From contig CAIWCD010000025.1 in NCBI GenBank assembly GCA_903911145.1, positions 3,891 through 67,890 of the forward strand: a stretch of 64,000 nucleotides of DNA, read 5' to 3'. The position numbers and the translations under genes were made by a program. The notes beneath the pieces were generated by a model. It had not been told where the DNA came from. It was given only the letters and a program-made list of their open reading frames with translations, and did not search any database. This stretch comes from an uncultured delta proteobacterium (GTDB taxonomy: Bacteria; Myxococcota; Myxococcia; Myxococcales; 40CM-4-68-19). Positions 18,531-28,161 of the stretch are shown here, one piece after another; position 1 is the stretch's first letter; each line of letters begins with the position of its first letter.

Positions 18531-20602
18531 CAGAACGCCTCGCCGATCGAGAGGTGGTACGCAAAGCGCGGCGTCGATACGCAAGTTCCGCCACTCGTGT
18601 TGCAGCGCACGCTCACCACCGTCGGATGCACGCTGCCCGGGTCGGGCGACTGCGCGATGACGTCCTGCGGATTCACGCGCAGCGCAACGTCGAGACGCAG
18701 TGGCCCGAACGGCGTCAGGTAGCGCAAACCCAGGCCTGGCGCGAACTCCGGCATCGTCTGCAGCGGCCACTCCGAGTTTGCAGTGACGCTGCTGGCATCG
18801 AGAAAAGGAACAATCGCGGTCTTGCTCAGGATGATGTCGGTGCGAATGCGAAGCTCCACCGACGCGAGCGATCTTCCATTTCCGCCGATCGGAATTGCGG
18901 TCGTCGCGTAGCCGGGCGTGGGCAGGCCGAGTGCGTGCGACTGCGACGCGTTGGGTGACGCACCGATCTGCGGACCTTGCGCGAGTGCGGAGAAGCCGCG
19001 GTTTGAGTTCTGGCCGCCTGCGAAGAATCGCTGCGTGAACGGGCTCGACGAATCGCCCTCGAGAAACAGCGCGCCCCACTGCGCACGCAGCGCCAGCACG
19101 ATCGCGCTTCCGAGCGGCAGATATCCGCGCAGCTCGCCATCGAGACGCAGGTAGCTGAACGAGCCCGGCTTGAGCGTCTGCGCGATGCTCGCGGTGGCGA
19201 AGAGGCCGGTTCGCGGCTCGACGATGTCGTCGCGAAGGTCGAGCGTGTAGCGCAGCTCGGGATACGTCAGCGTGCAGGCGGGCACGCAGCTCGAGAGAAG
19301 CGCCGCGCTCGTTCCCTGGTTGGTCAGCAGCGTGCCGAGATCGAGATCGAGCGTCGCCGCGAAGTAGCGGATGAAGTTGAGCGAGGCCACGAACGTCTGG
19401 GTGCCTGCGCGCAGTTGCAACGCCGCGCGCGCGCCGGTCTCGAAGTAGTTGAAGCCAGACTGGAGCTGCCGCTCGAACTCGCCGCGCCCGATGAAGTCGA
19501 TGCCGAAGGGCAAGAGCGACGGCAGCGTGATCTGAGCGGTCGTCAGCGAGACGGGGCCGGTCTTCTGCGGCGAGACCAGGCCCGGAACAAACGCCCAGCC
19601 CGCCTGCTCCACCAACTCGAGACGTCGCGCGCCGCCGAGAAAATTTCGATCGGTGTACTCGACACGAACGCGCGGAAGCTCAAGCCGGTTCTGCTCCAGC
19701 TCAGCGCCGATGCCGAAGCGCACCGTCTGGAACGGAGCCTCTCGCACGTCGATGCCCACGTCCGCGATCGGCGCGCTCGTCAGCGGTCGCAGGCCGACGC
19801 GCGCCGAGGAGAAGACGCCGAGGTTGTAGATGCGCTGCTGCGCGTGCGCGACCAGGCTCGGGCGAAACGTCTCTCCGCGCGGAATGTCCGCGGCCTTCAC
19901 GATCAGCTCGCTGGTGATCGCCTGGTTGCCATTGATGAACAGGCTTCCGAACTGGAATCTCACTCCGGTGTTGGCAGTGAGCACGATGGTGCAGAGCGCC
20001 TCGTTGAGCGCGACCTGCACCTCTCCAGTGGCGGTCGCCGCAGCGAAGCCGTGCTCTTTGAGTTGCTCGATCAGCACGAGCTTGTCCTTCTCGTAGAGCT
20101 CCTCGTCGAAAAGGTCCCCGCTCTTGAGCGGCAGCTTTCCGAGCAGCGCGCCCTGCTCGTCCGGCGTGAGAAGCGGGAGGCCGTTGAGCGTCAGGCTCGA
20201 GACGCGCGTGCGACGGCCCTCGACAATGCGGACGCGGACGCGAACGCGCGCGCGTGGGCCATCAGAGCCATCGGGAAGAACGTCGAGCTTCCCGAGCGAC
20301 GCCTCGAAAAATCCGCGATCGCGATACCAGCGGAGGATCCGCTCTCGATCGATCGCGAAGAGATCCTCGTCCCAGGTGCGGTGGATCTTCTTGAAGATGC
20401 CGCCCGTCGGAGCCGTGACGATCTTGGACTCGAGCTCTTTGTCCGAGATCGAATCGTTGCCCTGAAAGTCGAGCGCGGTGAGAAGCGGACGGCCGTCTGG
20501 CGGAGCACGAATGGACGCACACGCGCCCACGAGTGCCGCGATGAGCAGCAGCGCGCAGGCGCGCTCAATCCCGCTTGGGCGAGTTGTGGGGCTTGGGCTC
20601 AT
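18530..20602 (-). CDS. tamA: TamA/BamA-family (Omp85) outer membrane protein
   Basis: GAC lipobox, POTRA-like FQGN/YRDRGFF, RFFAGGQNSNRGF, GLRYLTPFGPLRLD, C-terminal IGEAF. Confidence 0.9.
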   Translation of the reverse strand: MSPSPTTRPSGIERACALLLIAALVGACASIRAPPDGRPLLTALDFQGNDSISDKELESKIVTAPTGGIFKKIHRTWDEDLFAIDRERILRWYRDRGFFEASLGKLDVLPDGSDGPRARVRVRVRIVEGRRTRVSSLTLNGLPLLTPDEQGALLGKLPLKSGDLFDEELYEKDKLVLIEQLKEHGFAAATATGEVQVALNEALCTIVLTANTGVRFQFGSLFINGNQAITSELIVKAADIPRGETFRPSLVAHAQQRIYNLGVFSSARVGLRPLTSAPIADVGIDVREAPFQTVRFGIGAELEQNRLELPRVRVEYTDRNFLGGARRLELVEQAGWAFVPGLVSPQKTGPVSLTTAQITLPSLLPFGIDFIGRGEFERQLQSGFNYFETGARAALQLRAGTQTFVASLNFIRYFAATLDLDLGTLLTNQGTSAALLSSCVPACTLTYPELRYTLDLRDDIVEPRTGLFATASIAQTLKPGSFSYLRLDGELRGYLPLGSAIVLALRAQWGALFLEGDSSSPFTQRFFAGGQNSNRGFSALAQGPQIGASPNASQSHALGLPTPGYATTAIPIGGNGRSLASVELRIRTDIILSKTAIVPFLDASSVTANSEWPLQTMPEFAPGLGLRYLTPFGPLRLDVALRVNPQDVIAQSPDPGSVHPTVVSVRCNTSGGTCVSTPRFAYHLSIGEAF

Positions 20603-20846
20603 TCATCGCATCCGTGAACGCATCGGCTGCGTCGGCGACAGCCTCGGGGATCCGGCCGACCAGCGCCTTGGGTCGCAACGCCAGCCGCCCAATTCCCGCG
20701 CGCGTCTCCGCTCCTGATTGCGGCGCGGTGAGCAACGCAGCAGCGGCCCCTGCGACTGCTCCGCCGAGAAACGCGAGCAGCAGTCCACCCATGCCGAATC
20801 CGTCATGCACCACGACAACCCGCGACTCTGCGTGTCTAGCTTCCAC
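20565..20846 (-). CDS. YtxH-domain general stress protein
   Basis: FLGGAVAGAAAALLTAPQSGAETR; GTG start after AAGGAGG. Confidence 0.85.
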   Translation of the reverse strand: MEARHAESRVVVVHDGFGMGGLLLAFLGGAVAGAAAALLTAPQSGAETRAGIGRLALRPKALVGRIPEAVADAADAFTDAMNEPKPHNSPKRD

Positions 20847-21216
20847 GAGCAACCTCCTTGTGTGATGGCGCCCCATCGGCGACGCCATTGGTCTGTGCTG
20901 GAAGGGACTCGTCGGCAGCGCCCTCAGCCGGCGCGCGAAAGGCGCGAACTGCAGCAGCGACGGCCGGGCCCACGGCCGCGCCCAGCTTGGCCGCGAGGCT
21001 GATCGAGCTGGTGAGACGCTCGACCGTCGCGCCGACGCGATCGATTCGATCGGCTGCGGCGGCGATGTCGGTGAGCGAGCGATCAAGACGTGGACCGGCC
21101 GCGACGATGAACTGCTCTGCGGCCTTCAGCGTCGAGCGCAGTTGAAACAGAACAGGCAGAAGCGTCCCGACGAGGACAGACACGAGGACGATCTCAACAA
21201 CGCGCCAGCTTTCCAT
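20836..21216 (-). CDS. DUF948/YoxC-like membrane-anchored coiled-coil protein
   Basis: One N-terminal TM helix, then an amphipathic helical region; directly upstream of YtxH. Confidence 0.65.
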   Translation of the reverse strand: MESWRVVEIVLVSVLVGTLLPVLFQLRSTLKAAEQFIVAAGPRLDRSLTDIAAAADRIDRVGATVERLTSSISLAAKLGAAVGPAVAAAVRAFRAPAEGAADESLPAQTNGVADGAPSHKEVARGS

Positions 21217-21228
21217 CTCCTCAGCTGG

Positions 21229-21244
21229 AGCACTCTTCGTGCCA
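21229..21244 (-). promoter_or_regulatory. Putative sigma54 promoter
   Basis: TGGCACGAAGAGTGCT (GG-N10-GC). Confidence 0.7.
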
Positions 21245-21256
21245 CGCATTGTGCGC

Positions 21257-22000
21257 TCACTGCGCTGACACCTTCGCGTCGCCGATGGTGAAGGCCGCGC
21301 GCGGCTTCGCAGAATCGAGCCGCTCGAGTTCGACTTTGATATCCAGATGCGCCGACTTGAAGGCGACATTCACGATCGCAGCGGTCGGCGTTGCCACGAG
21401 GCGCAGCACCGCACTGCCGAGCAGCGCAACCTGATCGACGCGGCAGTCGGGCGAACTCACCACCATGCCCGTCTCGGTGGAGATGACGCGCAGTTCGCGA
21501 AACTCGGTGACCGGCTTGCCTGCGAGGCGCACGACTGCGCGCGCTGCAAGCAGCGGCGGATTGTCGTCTCGCGAGAGGTCAGCAGCGTCGGACATCAGCT
21601 CGAGAGCCGGCTGGTCAGCGCCCGCGATCCTGGCCAGATCGCCAAGGACATTCATCTCGATGTCGCGGTGCTCGCGCGGGTGCAGATCGATGTCGAGAGA
21701 GTCGCAGGCCAGACGCAGCTTGAACCGATCGAGATGGATCTCGAGCGGAGTCTTGAACTCGATTGTCTTGAGCGGGCCTGCGGCGACGCTGCAACGGGTG
21801 GCGCCGAGGTGGATGGGCAGCGTGCGCGACAAAGGAATGTGCATCGCGACTTCAGTGCAGTGAAAGCCGCGCCCAGCAAGGACTCGCGCTGCGATCAGCG
21901 AGGCGAGCGCGTCTCGAAAGAGCAGGCCCATCGCGAACGCCAGAAGGATCGCGATGAACGCGCCAGAGACGATTCTTCGCGTGCGGGTTCGGATGTGCAT
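21257..22000 (-). CDS. Hypothetical membrane-anchored/exported protein
   Basis: MHIRTRTRRIVSGAFIAILLAFAMG N-terminal anchor; sits between two sigma54-type motifs. Confidence 0.55.
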   Translation of the reverse strand: MHIRTRTRRIVSGAFIAILLAFAMGLLFRDALASLIAARVLAGRGFHCTEVAMHIPLSRTLPIHLGATRCSVAAGPLKTIEFKTPLEIHLDRFKLRLACDSLDIDLHPREHRDIEMNVLGDLARIAGADQPALELMSDAADLSRDDNPPLLAARAVVRLAGKPVTEFRELRVISTETGMVVSSPDCRVDQVALLGSAVLRLVATPTAAIVNVAFKSAHLDIKVELERLDSAKPRAAFTIGDAKVSAQ

Positions 22001-22018
22001 GGGCTCGCTTGGCCACGG

Positions 22019-22034
22019 TGCACGCGGCGTGCCC
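22019..22034 (-). promoter_or_regulatory. Putative sigma54 promoter
   Basis: GGGCACGCCGCGTGCA. Confidence 0.55.
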
Positions 22035-22047
22035 TCTCGACGAAGTC

Positions 22048-22063
22048 CGGCATCCGGCTTGCT
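22048..22063 (+). promoter_or_regulatory. Putative sigma54 promoter
   Basis: CGGCATCCGGCTTGCT. Confidence 0.6.
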
Positions 22064-22075
22064 GAAGAGCGGGGG

Positions 22076-22387
22076 ATGACCAACCCAACGATATCGTCCG
22101 CGATCGCAAAGAGCATTCGTCAGCAGCGCGCAGGCGCGAGGTGGCTGCTCATCGTCGCCGCGTTCGCCCTGCTCGCGCCTCGTGTCGCTCTCGCAGAAGG
22201 CGACACCGCCAAGGATGTGAGCGACGGCGTGAAGGACGCGGTCGATACCACCAAGGACAAGCTCGGCACGGACAGCGGCGCAGCGAAAACCGGTCGCCAC
22301 GTCGACCGCGCGGTGCGCACCGTCAAGCACAAGGCGCGGCACGCGAAGAAGGACGTGAAGGACGCAGCCCACGACGCGACGAAGTAG
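22076..22387 (+). CDS. Small exported hydrophilic (LEA-like) protein
   Basis: Signal peptide (ALA-EG); D/K/A-rich AKDVSDGVKDAVDTTKDK...KKDVKDAAHDATK. Confidence 0.65.
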   Translation: MTNPTISSAIAKSIRQQRAGARWLLIVAAFALLAPRVALAEGDTAKDVSDGVKDAVDTTKDKLGTDSGAAKTGRHVDRAVRTVKHKARHAKKDVKDAAHDATK

Positions 22388-22405
22388 TGACATCGCGCTC
22401 GCGAC

Positions 22406-22417
22406 CGTTCGCGAACG
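22406..22417. promoter_or_regulatory. Palindrome CGTTCGCGAACG (candidate upstream activator site)
   Basis: Perfect 12-bp palindrome; identical copy at 45258-45269. Confidence 0.5.
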
Positions 22418-22522
22418 CTCTGCTGCACAGGATTCGATGCTCGTGCGTGGTTCTTCTGGCGCGCGCGACGCGTCGCTGTTGCCGCGCTGCTGGTGTCGAC
22501 AGCGCCGGGCACGCAACGACCG

Positions 22523-22538
22523 CGGCACTTCCTTTGCT
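22523..22538 (+). promoter_or_regulatory. Putative sigma54 promoter
   Basis: CGGCACTTCCTTTGCT, followed by an AAGGAG RBS and ATG 22563. Confidence 0.7.
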
Positions 22539-22562
22539 CATCCCCACTGCAAGGAGAAGCCA

Positions 22563-22907
22563 ATGACCACTCAATCCACGCATCCCGCCGCAGCGTCCAA
22601 GCTCCACGAAGTCGCGCCGCACCACGCGGAACATCCCGCAGCGCATCACCCCGCGCACCACGAGAAGGAGCACGTGGCGCCGAAGATCGAAGCAGGCGAG
22701 CCGCCGAATCTCGACCTCCACTGGAAGGCGGTCGGCGCGAAGATGCGCGAGCAGTGGAGCGCGCTCACCAGCGACGATCTCCACTTCAGCGACAAGACCA
22801 AGGCCGCGCTGGTGGCGCTCGTGCACAAGCGCACGGGGCTCGATGCCGATACCGCCGAGAGGCAGATCGACGCACTGCTCGCGAGCCTGTCGCTCGTCTC
22901 GGTGTAG
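22563..22907 (+). CDS. CsbD/YjbJ-like stress protein with His-rich N-terminus
   Basis: WKAVGAKMREQWSALTSDDL...RTGLDADTAERQID; strong RBS. Confidence 0.8.
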   Translation: MTTQSTHPAAASKLHEVAPHHAEHPAAHHPAHHEKEHVAPKIEAGEPPNLDLHWKAVGAKMREQWSALTSDDLHFSDKTKAALVALVHKRTGLDADTAERQIDALLASLSLVSV

Positions 22908-22998
22908 TGGCCGGACGCTCTCGTATTGAAGAGCCAGGATCGCCCGTTGCGCGATTCTGGTTGCATCGTTCTGCGCGTGCTGTGGAGTGGCAACCGCC

Positions 22999-23859
22999 AT
23001 GACCAAGCTCGCGTTCACGACGACTCCCTCTCAGGCCTCGCACTACTTGAAAGCGCTGCTCGCATCCAAGCGCGGGCTGCGCGCTGGCGAGGCGCTGCCG
23101 CCGATCGAGGCAACCCTCTCCATCGTTCCTTCGTCTACGGACGTCGCGATCTACCGGCGCATCTGCGGCTTCGGCGAGACGGGCCTGCCGATCACCTTCC
23201 CGCATGTTCTCGCATCGCCGCTCCATCTGGCGATCCTGACGGCGCGTGAGTTTCCACTTCGCGCCATGGGACTGCTCCACGTCGCCAACCGGATCACGCA
23301 GCACCGCGCGCTGAACGAGGGCGAGCGGCTTTCGCTGCACGTGGCGATCTCAGGCCAGCGGGATGCGCGACGCGGACTTGAGTTCGACCTGCGCACCGAC
23401 GTGACCGTCGACGGCGCGCTCGTCTGGGAGAGCGTCTCCACTCTGCTGCACCGCCTGGCGAGCAAGGAGACTCCCCGCTCGGGCAGCGGCACGCCCACAG
23501 AGCTTGCACCGATGGAGCGCAGCGAAGAGTGGAATCTCCCCGCGAGCCTCGGCAGACGCTACGCGCGCGTCTCGGGCGACTTCAATCCGATCCACCTCTG
23601 GCCGCTCAGCGCGCGACTCTTCGGTTTCCGACGGCCCATCATCCACGGGATGTGGACCCTCGCCCGCACGGCCGCGGCGCTCGCGCTCCACGCACCGGCA
23701 ACGCCCTCGACACTCGACGTCCGCTTCAAGCGCCCGCTCGCGCTTCCCGGCATCGCCGTGTTCGGCGCGAGCGCTGCCGAGGGCGGGCAGACCTTCCGCG
23801 TCGCCGATCGCAAAGGGAGCGAGGTCTTTCTCGAAGGCTCCTGGAGACCGAAGAGCTGA
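22999..23859 (+). CDS. MaoC-family (R)-specific enoyl-CoA hydratase, double hot-dog
   Basis: YARVSGDFNPIHLW...IIHGMW; MGLLHVANRITQHR. Confidence 0.9.
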   Translation: MTKLAFTTTPSQASHYLKALLASKRGLRAGEALPPIEATLSIVPSSTDVAIYRRICGFGETGLPITFPHVLASPLHLAILTAREFPLRAMGLLHVANRITQHRALNEGERLSLHVAISGQRDARRGLEFDLRTDVTVDGALVWESVSTLLHRLASKETPRSGSGTPTELAPMERSEEWNLPASLGRRYARVSGDFNPIHLWPLSARLFGFRRPIIHGMWTLARTAAALALHAPATPSTLDVRFKRPLALPGIAVFGASAAEGGQTFRVADRKGSEVFLEGSWRPKS

Positions 23860-23950
23860 TCCCGAACCATCCTTCGCCCAATGAATGGCCGGGCACTCGA
23901 GTCGCATGTTCAGGCCGGACCTCGCGCCGCTGCCTTAGCCGGAAACGGCG

Positions 23951-25444
23951 TCAGTACTCGCCTTGTGGCCGAACCATCGCGTCCCGCCTTCTCGACACCG
24001 CTTCAGCAACGCGCTGCCCATAGTCTGGATCCGCTTTCCGGAAATTCTCCGTCGCACGCGAGATCACGTCCTCGCGACTCACCTGCGCAAGACTCTCCGC
24101 GATGTTCTCCACCAACCGGGTGCGCTCGTTGTCCTTCATCAATCGATAGAGCGCGCCGACCTGCGTGAAGTCATCATCCTCCGCGTGATGCTGCTGCGGC
24201 GTGATCCCGGCGGCACCGGAGAGCGGGTATCCCAATCCCGACGACAGGCCCGTCTGCATCGGGCCGTCATTACTGTTGGGTTGATAGTTCTTGCTCGCGC
24301 CGCCATTGTCGTCGGCGCGCATTGCGCCATCGCGACCATAGTTCCTCGCGCCGCCTTCGACACCTCGCGGGATATTCACCGATAGCTTCGTATGATTCAC
24401 GCCCAGGCGATATCGGGCCGCGTCGCCATACGCGAAGAGCCGCGCCTGGAGCAGACGATCGGGCGAAGGGCCAATCCCCGGCACGAAGTTCGAGGGCTCG
24501 AATGATACCTGCTCGGATTCAGCGAAGTAGTTGTCCGGAACCCGATCGAGCCGAAGCTTCGCAATCGGGATCAACGGATAGTCACCGTGCGGCCATACCT
24601 TGGTGACATCGAACGGATTGAATCGATACCGTGCTGCAGCCGCGTCCGGCATGACCTGCACAGACATCGTCCAGGAGGGATAGTCCGCACGCGCGATGGC
24701 TGAATAGAACTCGTGGTGCAGATATGCGGGGTCCTTACCACCGAGAACCGCCGCCTCCTGGTTGGAGAGGTATCGAACCCCTTGGTCGCTCTTGAAATGG
24801 AATTTGACCCACGAGCGATCGCCGTTCGCGTTGACCCATTGGAAGGTATGCGAACCGAAGCCATCCATATATCGATAGGACGCCGGTATCCCGCGATCGC
24901 CGAAGAGAATGGTGAACTGGTGCGTCGCCTCGGGGGTATGCGAGAAGAAGTCCCAGATATTGTCCGGCTCCTGACGATTGGTATGCGGATCCTCCTTCTG
25001 CGAATGGATGAAATCGGGAAACTTGATTCCATCGCGAATGAAGAAGATGGGCGTGTTGTTCCCCGCCACGTCCCAATTGCCTTCCTCGGTATAGACCTTG
25101 ATTGCAAACCCGCGCGGATCGCGTGCGGTATCGGGAGCGCCCTTCGAGCCGGCGACGCGGGAGAAGCGCACGAAGACCGGCGCGCTCTGGCCTGCGCGGG
25201 CGAAGAGCTTCATGCACGTCCAGCGAGGGAGTTCGTCGTTCGTCACTTCCAACTTGCCGTGCGCACCAGTGCCGACCGCGTGCACGACGCGCTCGGGAAT
25301 CCGCTCGCGATTGAAGCGCGCGAGCTTTTCGATCAGGTCGTGGTCCTGCAGCAGCGTCGGGCCCGCATCACCGGCCGTCTGGGAGTTCTGATTGTCGCCG
25401 ATTGCTGCGCCGGCCTCGCTCGTGAGCGTCGCTCGCTTCATCAT
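23951..25444 (-). CDS. katA: Monofunctional small-subunit heme catalase
   Basis: FNRERIPERVVHAVG, RDPRGFAIK, GNNTPIFFIRD, RLFAYGDAARYRLG; GAGGAG RBS before ATG 25444. Confidence 0.95.
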   Translation of the reverse strand: MMKRATLTSEAGAAIGDNQNSQTAGDAGPTLLQDHDLIEKLARFNRERIPERVVHAVGTGAHGKLEVTNDELPRWTCMKLFARAGQSAPVFVRFSRVAGSKGAPDTARDPRGFAIKVYTEEGNWDVAGNNTPIFFIRDGIKFPDFIHSQKEDPHTNRQEPDNIWDFFSHTPEATHQFTILFGDRGIPASYRYMDGFGSHTFQWVNANGDRSWVKFHFKSDQGVRYLSNQEAAVLGGKDPAYLHHEFYSAIARADYPSWTMSVQVMPDAAAARYRFNPFDVTKVWPHGDYPLIPIAKLRLDRVPDNYFAESEQVSFEPSNFVPGIGPSPDRLLQARLFAYGDAARYRLGVNHTKLSVNIPRGVEGGARNYGRDGAMRADDNGGASKNYQPNSNDGPMQTGLSSGLGYPLSGAAGITPQQHHAEDDDFTQVGALYRLMKDNERTRLVENIAESLAQVSREDVISRATENFRKADPDYGQRVAEAVSRRRDAMVRPQGEY

Positions 25445-25511
25445 GGACGTTTCTCCTCGTGCGATCGCGCCGTGGTTGGACTGATCTCCGCGTCGTCGCC
25501 AGCCAGGCGAC

Positions 25512-25527
25512 TGCAATCCCGCGCCCA
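25512..25527 (-). promoter_or_regulatory. Possible sigma54 promoter of catalase
   Basis: TGGGCGCGGGATTGCA (GG-N10-GC, weaker -24). Confidence 0.4.
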
Positions 25528-25713
25528 CCTCGCGATCCCGAACGACGTCACCAGAGACGGCGCGCCGGGCGTCAACGGCCGCACGCGGAGCTGGAGTTTG
25601 TTGTGTCCATAAACGTTCGCGCAGCGTTCACGACCTGAACGTCACATCGCCGAGGCCGGTGGCAGCGCGCTAAGGTCAGGGCTGCGCCAAGCGCCCCGCG
25701 GTATCGTGCAGTC

Positions 25714-26622
25714 ATGCGCATGGACTCAGTGCTCGATGCGATCGGGGAGACGCCACTCGTGCGGCTGCAGCGAGTCGCGCCGCCCGGTGTCACGCTGCTG
25801 CTCAAGCTCGAAGCCCAGAATCCCGGCGGCTCGATCAAGGACCGCGCGGTCAAACGCATGGTGCTCGCGGCCGAGCAGGCCGGTCTGATTTCGCCCGGCA
25901 TGACGCTCGTCGAAGGGACCGCGGGCAACACCGGCATCGGCCTCGCGCTGGTGGCCGCCGCTCGCGGATACACGGCAGTCGTGGCGATGCCGCGCAACAC
26001 TTCGCGCGACAAGCAGCGCATCCTGCGTCTGCTCGGCGCAGAGCTGGTGCTGACGCCGCCCGACCTTCCGCTCGACGATCCGCAGAGCTATGTCGCGACG
26101 GCGAAGCGAATCGCGAGTGAGCGACCGGGCGCGTATCGGCTGGCGCAGTTCGAGAATCTCTCCAATCCGACTGCGCATCTCGAGACCACCGGGCCTGAGC
26201 TCTGGCGCGATGCGGGCGGTCGCATCGATGTGCTGATCGGTTGCGTCGGCACCGGCGGAACGCTCTCGGGCACCGCGCGATTTCTCCGCGCGAAGAATCC
26301 CGCGCTGCGACTCGTTGCTGCACAGCCAGCGCAGGAGCCGTCGCGCATCGAAGGCGCGACCGACGACGATCCACCGGAGGAGTTTGGAGATGCGGCCGGC
26401 GCCGTTCGCATCGACGCGCGCGTTCCAATCCGCGATGACGATGCGATCGCGATGGCACAGCGCGTGGCGCGCGAGGAGGGCATGCTGATCGGACTCTCCT
26501 CGGGAGCCGCGCTGGCAGCGGCTCTGCGCGATGTCCACGCGTGGCCGCCTGATGCAGTCGCGGTGGTGATCGCGCCAGATACCGGACGCAACTATCTCGA
26601 TCTGCTGGCGCCGCAACCGTGA
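25714..26622 (+). CDS. cysK: PLP-dependent cysteine synthase family protein
   Basis: IGETPLV, KLEAQNPGGSIKDR, GTAGNTG, QFEN, GTGGT, GLSSGA, PDTGRNY. Confidence 0.85.
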   Translation: MRMDSVLDAIGETPLVRLQRVAPPGVTLLLKLEAQNPGGSIKDRAVKRMVLAAEQAGLISPGMTLVEGTAGNTGIGLALVAAARGYTAVVAMPRNTSRDKQRILRLLGAELVLTPPDLPLDDPQSYVATAKRIASERPGAYRLAQFENLSNPTAHLETTGPELWRDAGGRIDVLIGCVGTGGTLSGTARFLRAKNPALRLVAAQPAQEPSRIEGATDDDPPEEFGDAAGAVRIDARVPIRDDDAIAMAQRVAREEGMLIGLSSGAALAAALRDVHAWPPDAVAVVIAPDTGRNYLDLLAPQP

Positions 26623-28124
26623 GACTCGCGCGCGCGTTCGAGCGGCTCTGCCACGAATGGCCGGAGCTCGGCATATTCGCCGGGGCGGATATCGCGACGC
26701 TCTCTCTGCTTGCGCCCGATGCGGTGCAGGCCCGCATCGAGGCCGTGCTCGCACTCGCCGACACGGCAGAGAGTCCGAGCGATGAGCGCCTGCTGCGCCA
26801 GGCGAGCGGCTTCTCCTCGACGATCTTCGCGCAGGGCCGCTGGAAGAAGAATCCCGACGTGCTCTCCGACTGGTCCGCGCTGCTCTTGAGGCAGGCGCTG
26901 CTCGCCGAGCGCAGCGCCCTCGAAGCCGAGCGGCTCGCCTCGATGCTCGTCTCGATTCCACGCGCACTCGCGCATGCGCTCGACGAACGCGAGCATCCCG
27001 ATCCGCGGGCGCTCCTGCTCGCGCGCGACGCGTGCCTTGGCTTTCGCACGCAGCTCGATGCGCTCGCCGATCTCGTTCCTCCCGCGGCGCTGCAGACCGC
27101 TCTGCTGGCGGTCGCGCGGCACCAGGCGCTGCTCGACGCGCTGGCTCCCGGCGAGCCGCTCGGACACGTCGACGACCTCGCGCAACTGCTCCGCGCGCGC
27201 GGGATCGAGACGAAGCTCGAGACGCTCGCGACTCTGTTCGACGCGGAGCTCGCGCGCCTGCAACACGATCTCGACGAGCTCCGCCGCACGAGCGATTCGC
27301 TCTCGCCCGCGATCGGGGCCGAGCTGACGCGCGAGACTTTGCGCGACGATCTGATGCGCGAGGCCCTGAGCCGCGAACTCGAGCTGACCGCGGCGCTCTG
27401 GAAGAAGTGCGGTCTGCCAAGCTGCGAGACGCGCTTCGAAGTGCTCCCCGTGCCCGCGGGCCTTGCGTCGACCATTCCACACGCCGCCGTGTTTTCTCCG
27501 CGACCGCTGCTGGCGGGCGAGCCCGCGATCGTCGTGCTCAACGCCGATTCTCCACTCGCGCGCGCTCCGCATCGGCGACTGCTTCTCGCTGTACACGAGG
27601 GTGCGCCGGGACATGCGCTGCAGGCCGCTCGCGCGAACGCCGCCGATCGCCCGTGGCGCGCTGTCGATCTCTGTCCGATCCCTGGAGCCGGCGCAGGCGT
27701 CTTCGCGGGCGAGCTGATGGAGGGCTGGGCCCACTTCGCGGAAGGCCGCTTCGCCGAGCTGTTTCCGCGCGATCTCTCTCTGCAGCGCACCGTGCGCGAA
27801 GAGCAGCTGTGGCGTGCCGCGCGCGCCCGCGCCGATCTGGGATTTGCGCGGGGAGAATTCGACGCTGATCGTGCGGCGCAGTTTCTCGTCGAGAAGGCCG
27901 CGCTCTCTCCCGAAGACGCGCGCTCCGAGGTCGACGACTTCCGCCTCAATCCGTCATACGGCTTGTCATACACACTGGGCCGCCTGATGCTGGAGAGAAT
28001 GCGCTCAGCCGCGCCTGTGGCCGACGAGCGCATGATCTACGAATCGCTTCTCGATCGCGGATTGGCTCCTCTGCCCTCAAGCCGGCTCGGGCAGAACCCA
28101 CCAGGTGAACGGAGCCGCTCGTGA
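26619..28124 (+). CDS. DUF885-family protein (putative metallopeptidase)
   Basis: HEGAPGHALQ, EGWAHFAE, LWRAAR..D, EVDDF..P.Y..SY..G; GTGA overlap with cysK. Confidence 0.8.
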   Translation: MRLARAFERLCHEWPELGIFAGADIATLSLLAPDAVQARIEAVLALADTAESPSDERLLRQASGFSSTIFAQGRWKKNPDVLSDWSALLLRQALLAERSALEAERLASMLVSIPRALAHALDEREHPDPRALLLARDACLGFRTQLDALADLVPPAALQTALLAVARHQALLDALAPGEPLGHVDDLAQLLRARGIETKLETLATLFDAELARLQHDLDELRRTSDSLSPAIGAELTRETLRDDLMREALSRELELTAALWKKCGLPSCETRFEVLPVPAGLASTIPHAAVFSPRPLLAGEPAIVVLNADSPLARAPHRRLLLAVHEGAPGHALQAARANAADRPWRAVDLCPIPGAGAGVFAGELMEGWAHFAEGRFAELFPRDLSLQRTVREEQLWRAARARADLGFARGEFDADRAAQFLVEKAALSPEDARSEVDDFRLNPSYGLSYTLGRLMLERMRSAAPVADERMIYESLLDRGLAPLPSSRLGQNPPGERSRS

Positions 28125-28161
28125 GCAATCTGTATTTAATCATTCTGAATCCGGGATTCGC

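Noticed and set aside
18531-19079. N-terminal extension of TamB in the ORF track
   Set aside because: Overlaps tamA in another frame; TGATG coupling indicates a start at 18530.
21928-21939. Another copy of the palindrome (CCATCGCGAACG)
   Set aside because: Only a 10/12 match and inside a coding region; could be chance.
25726-28033. 584-aa and 727-aa minus-strand ORFs
   Set aside because: Shadows of cysK and DUF885 in high-GC DNA.
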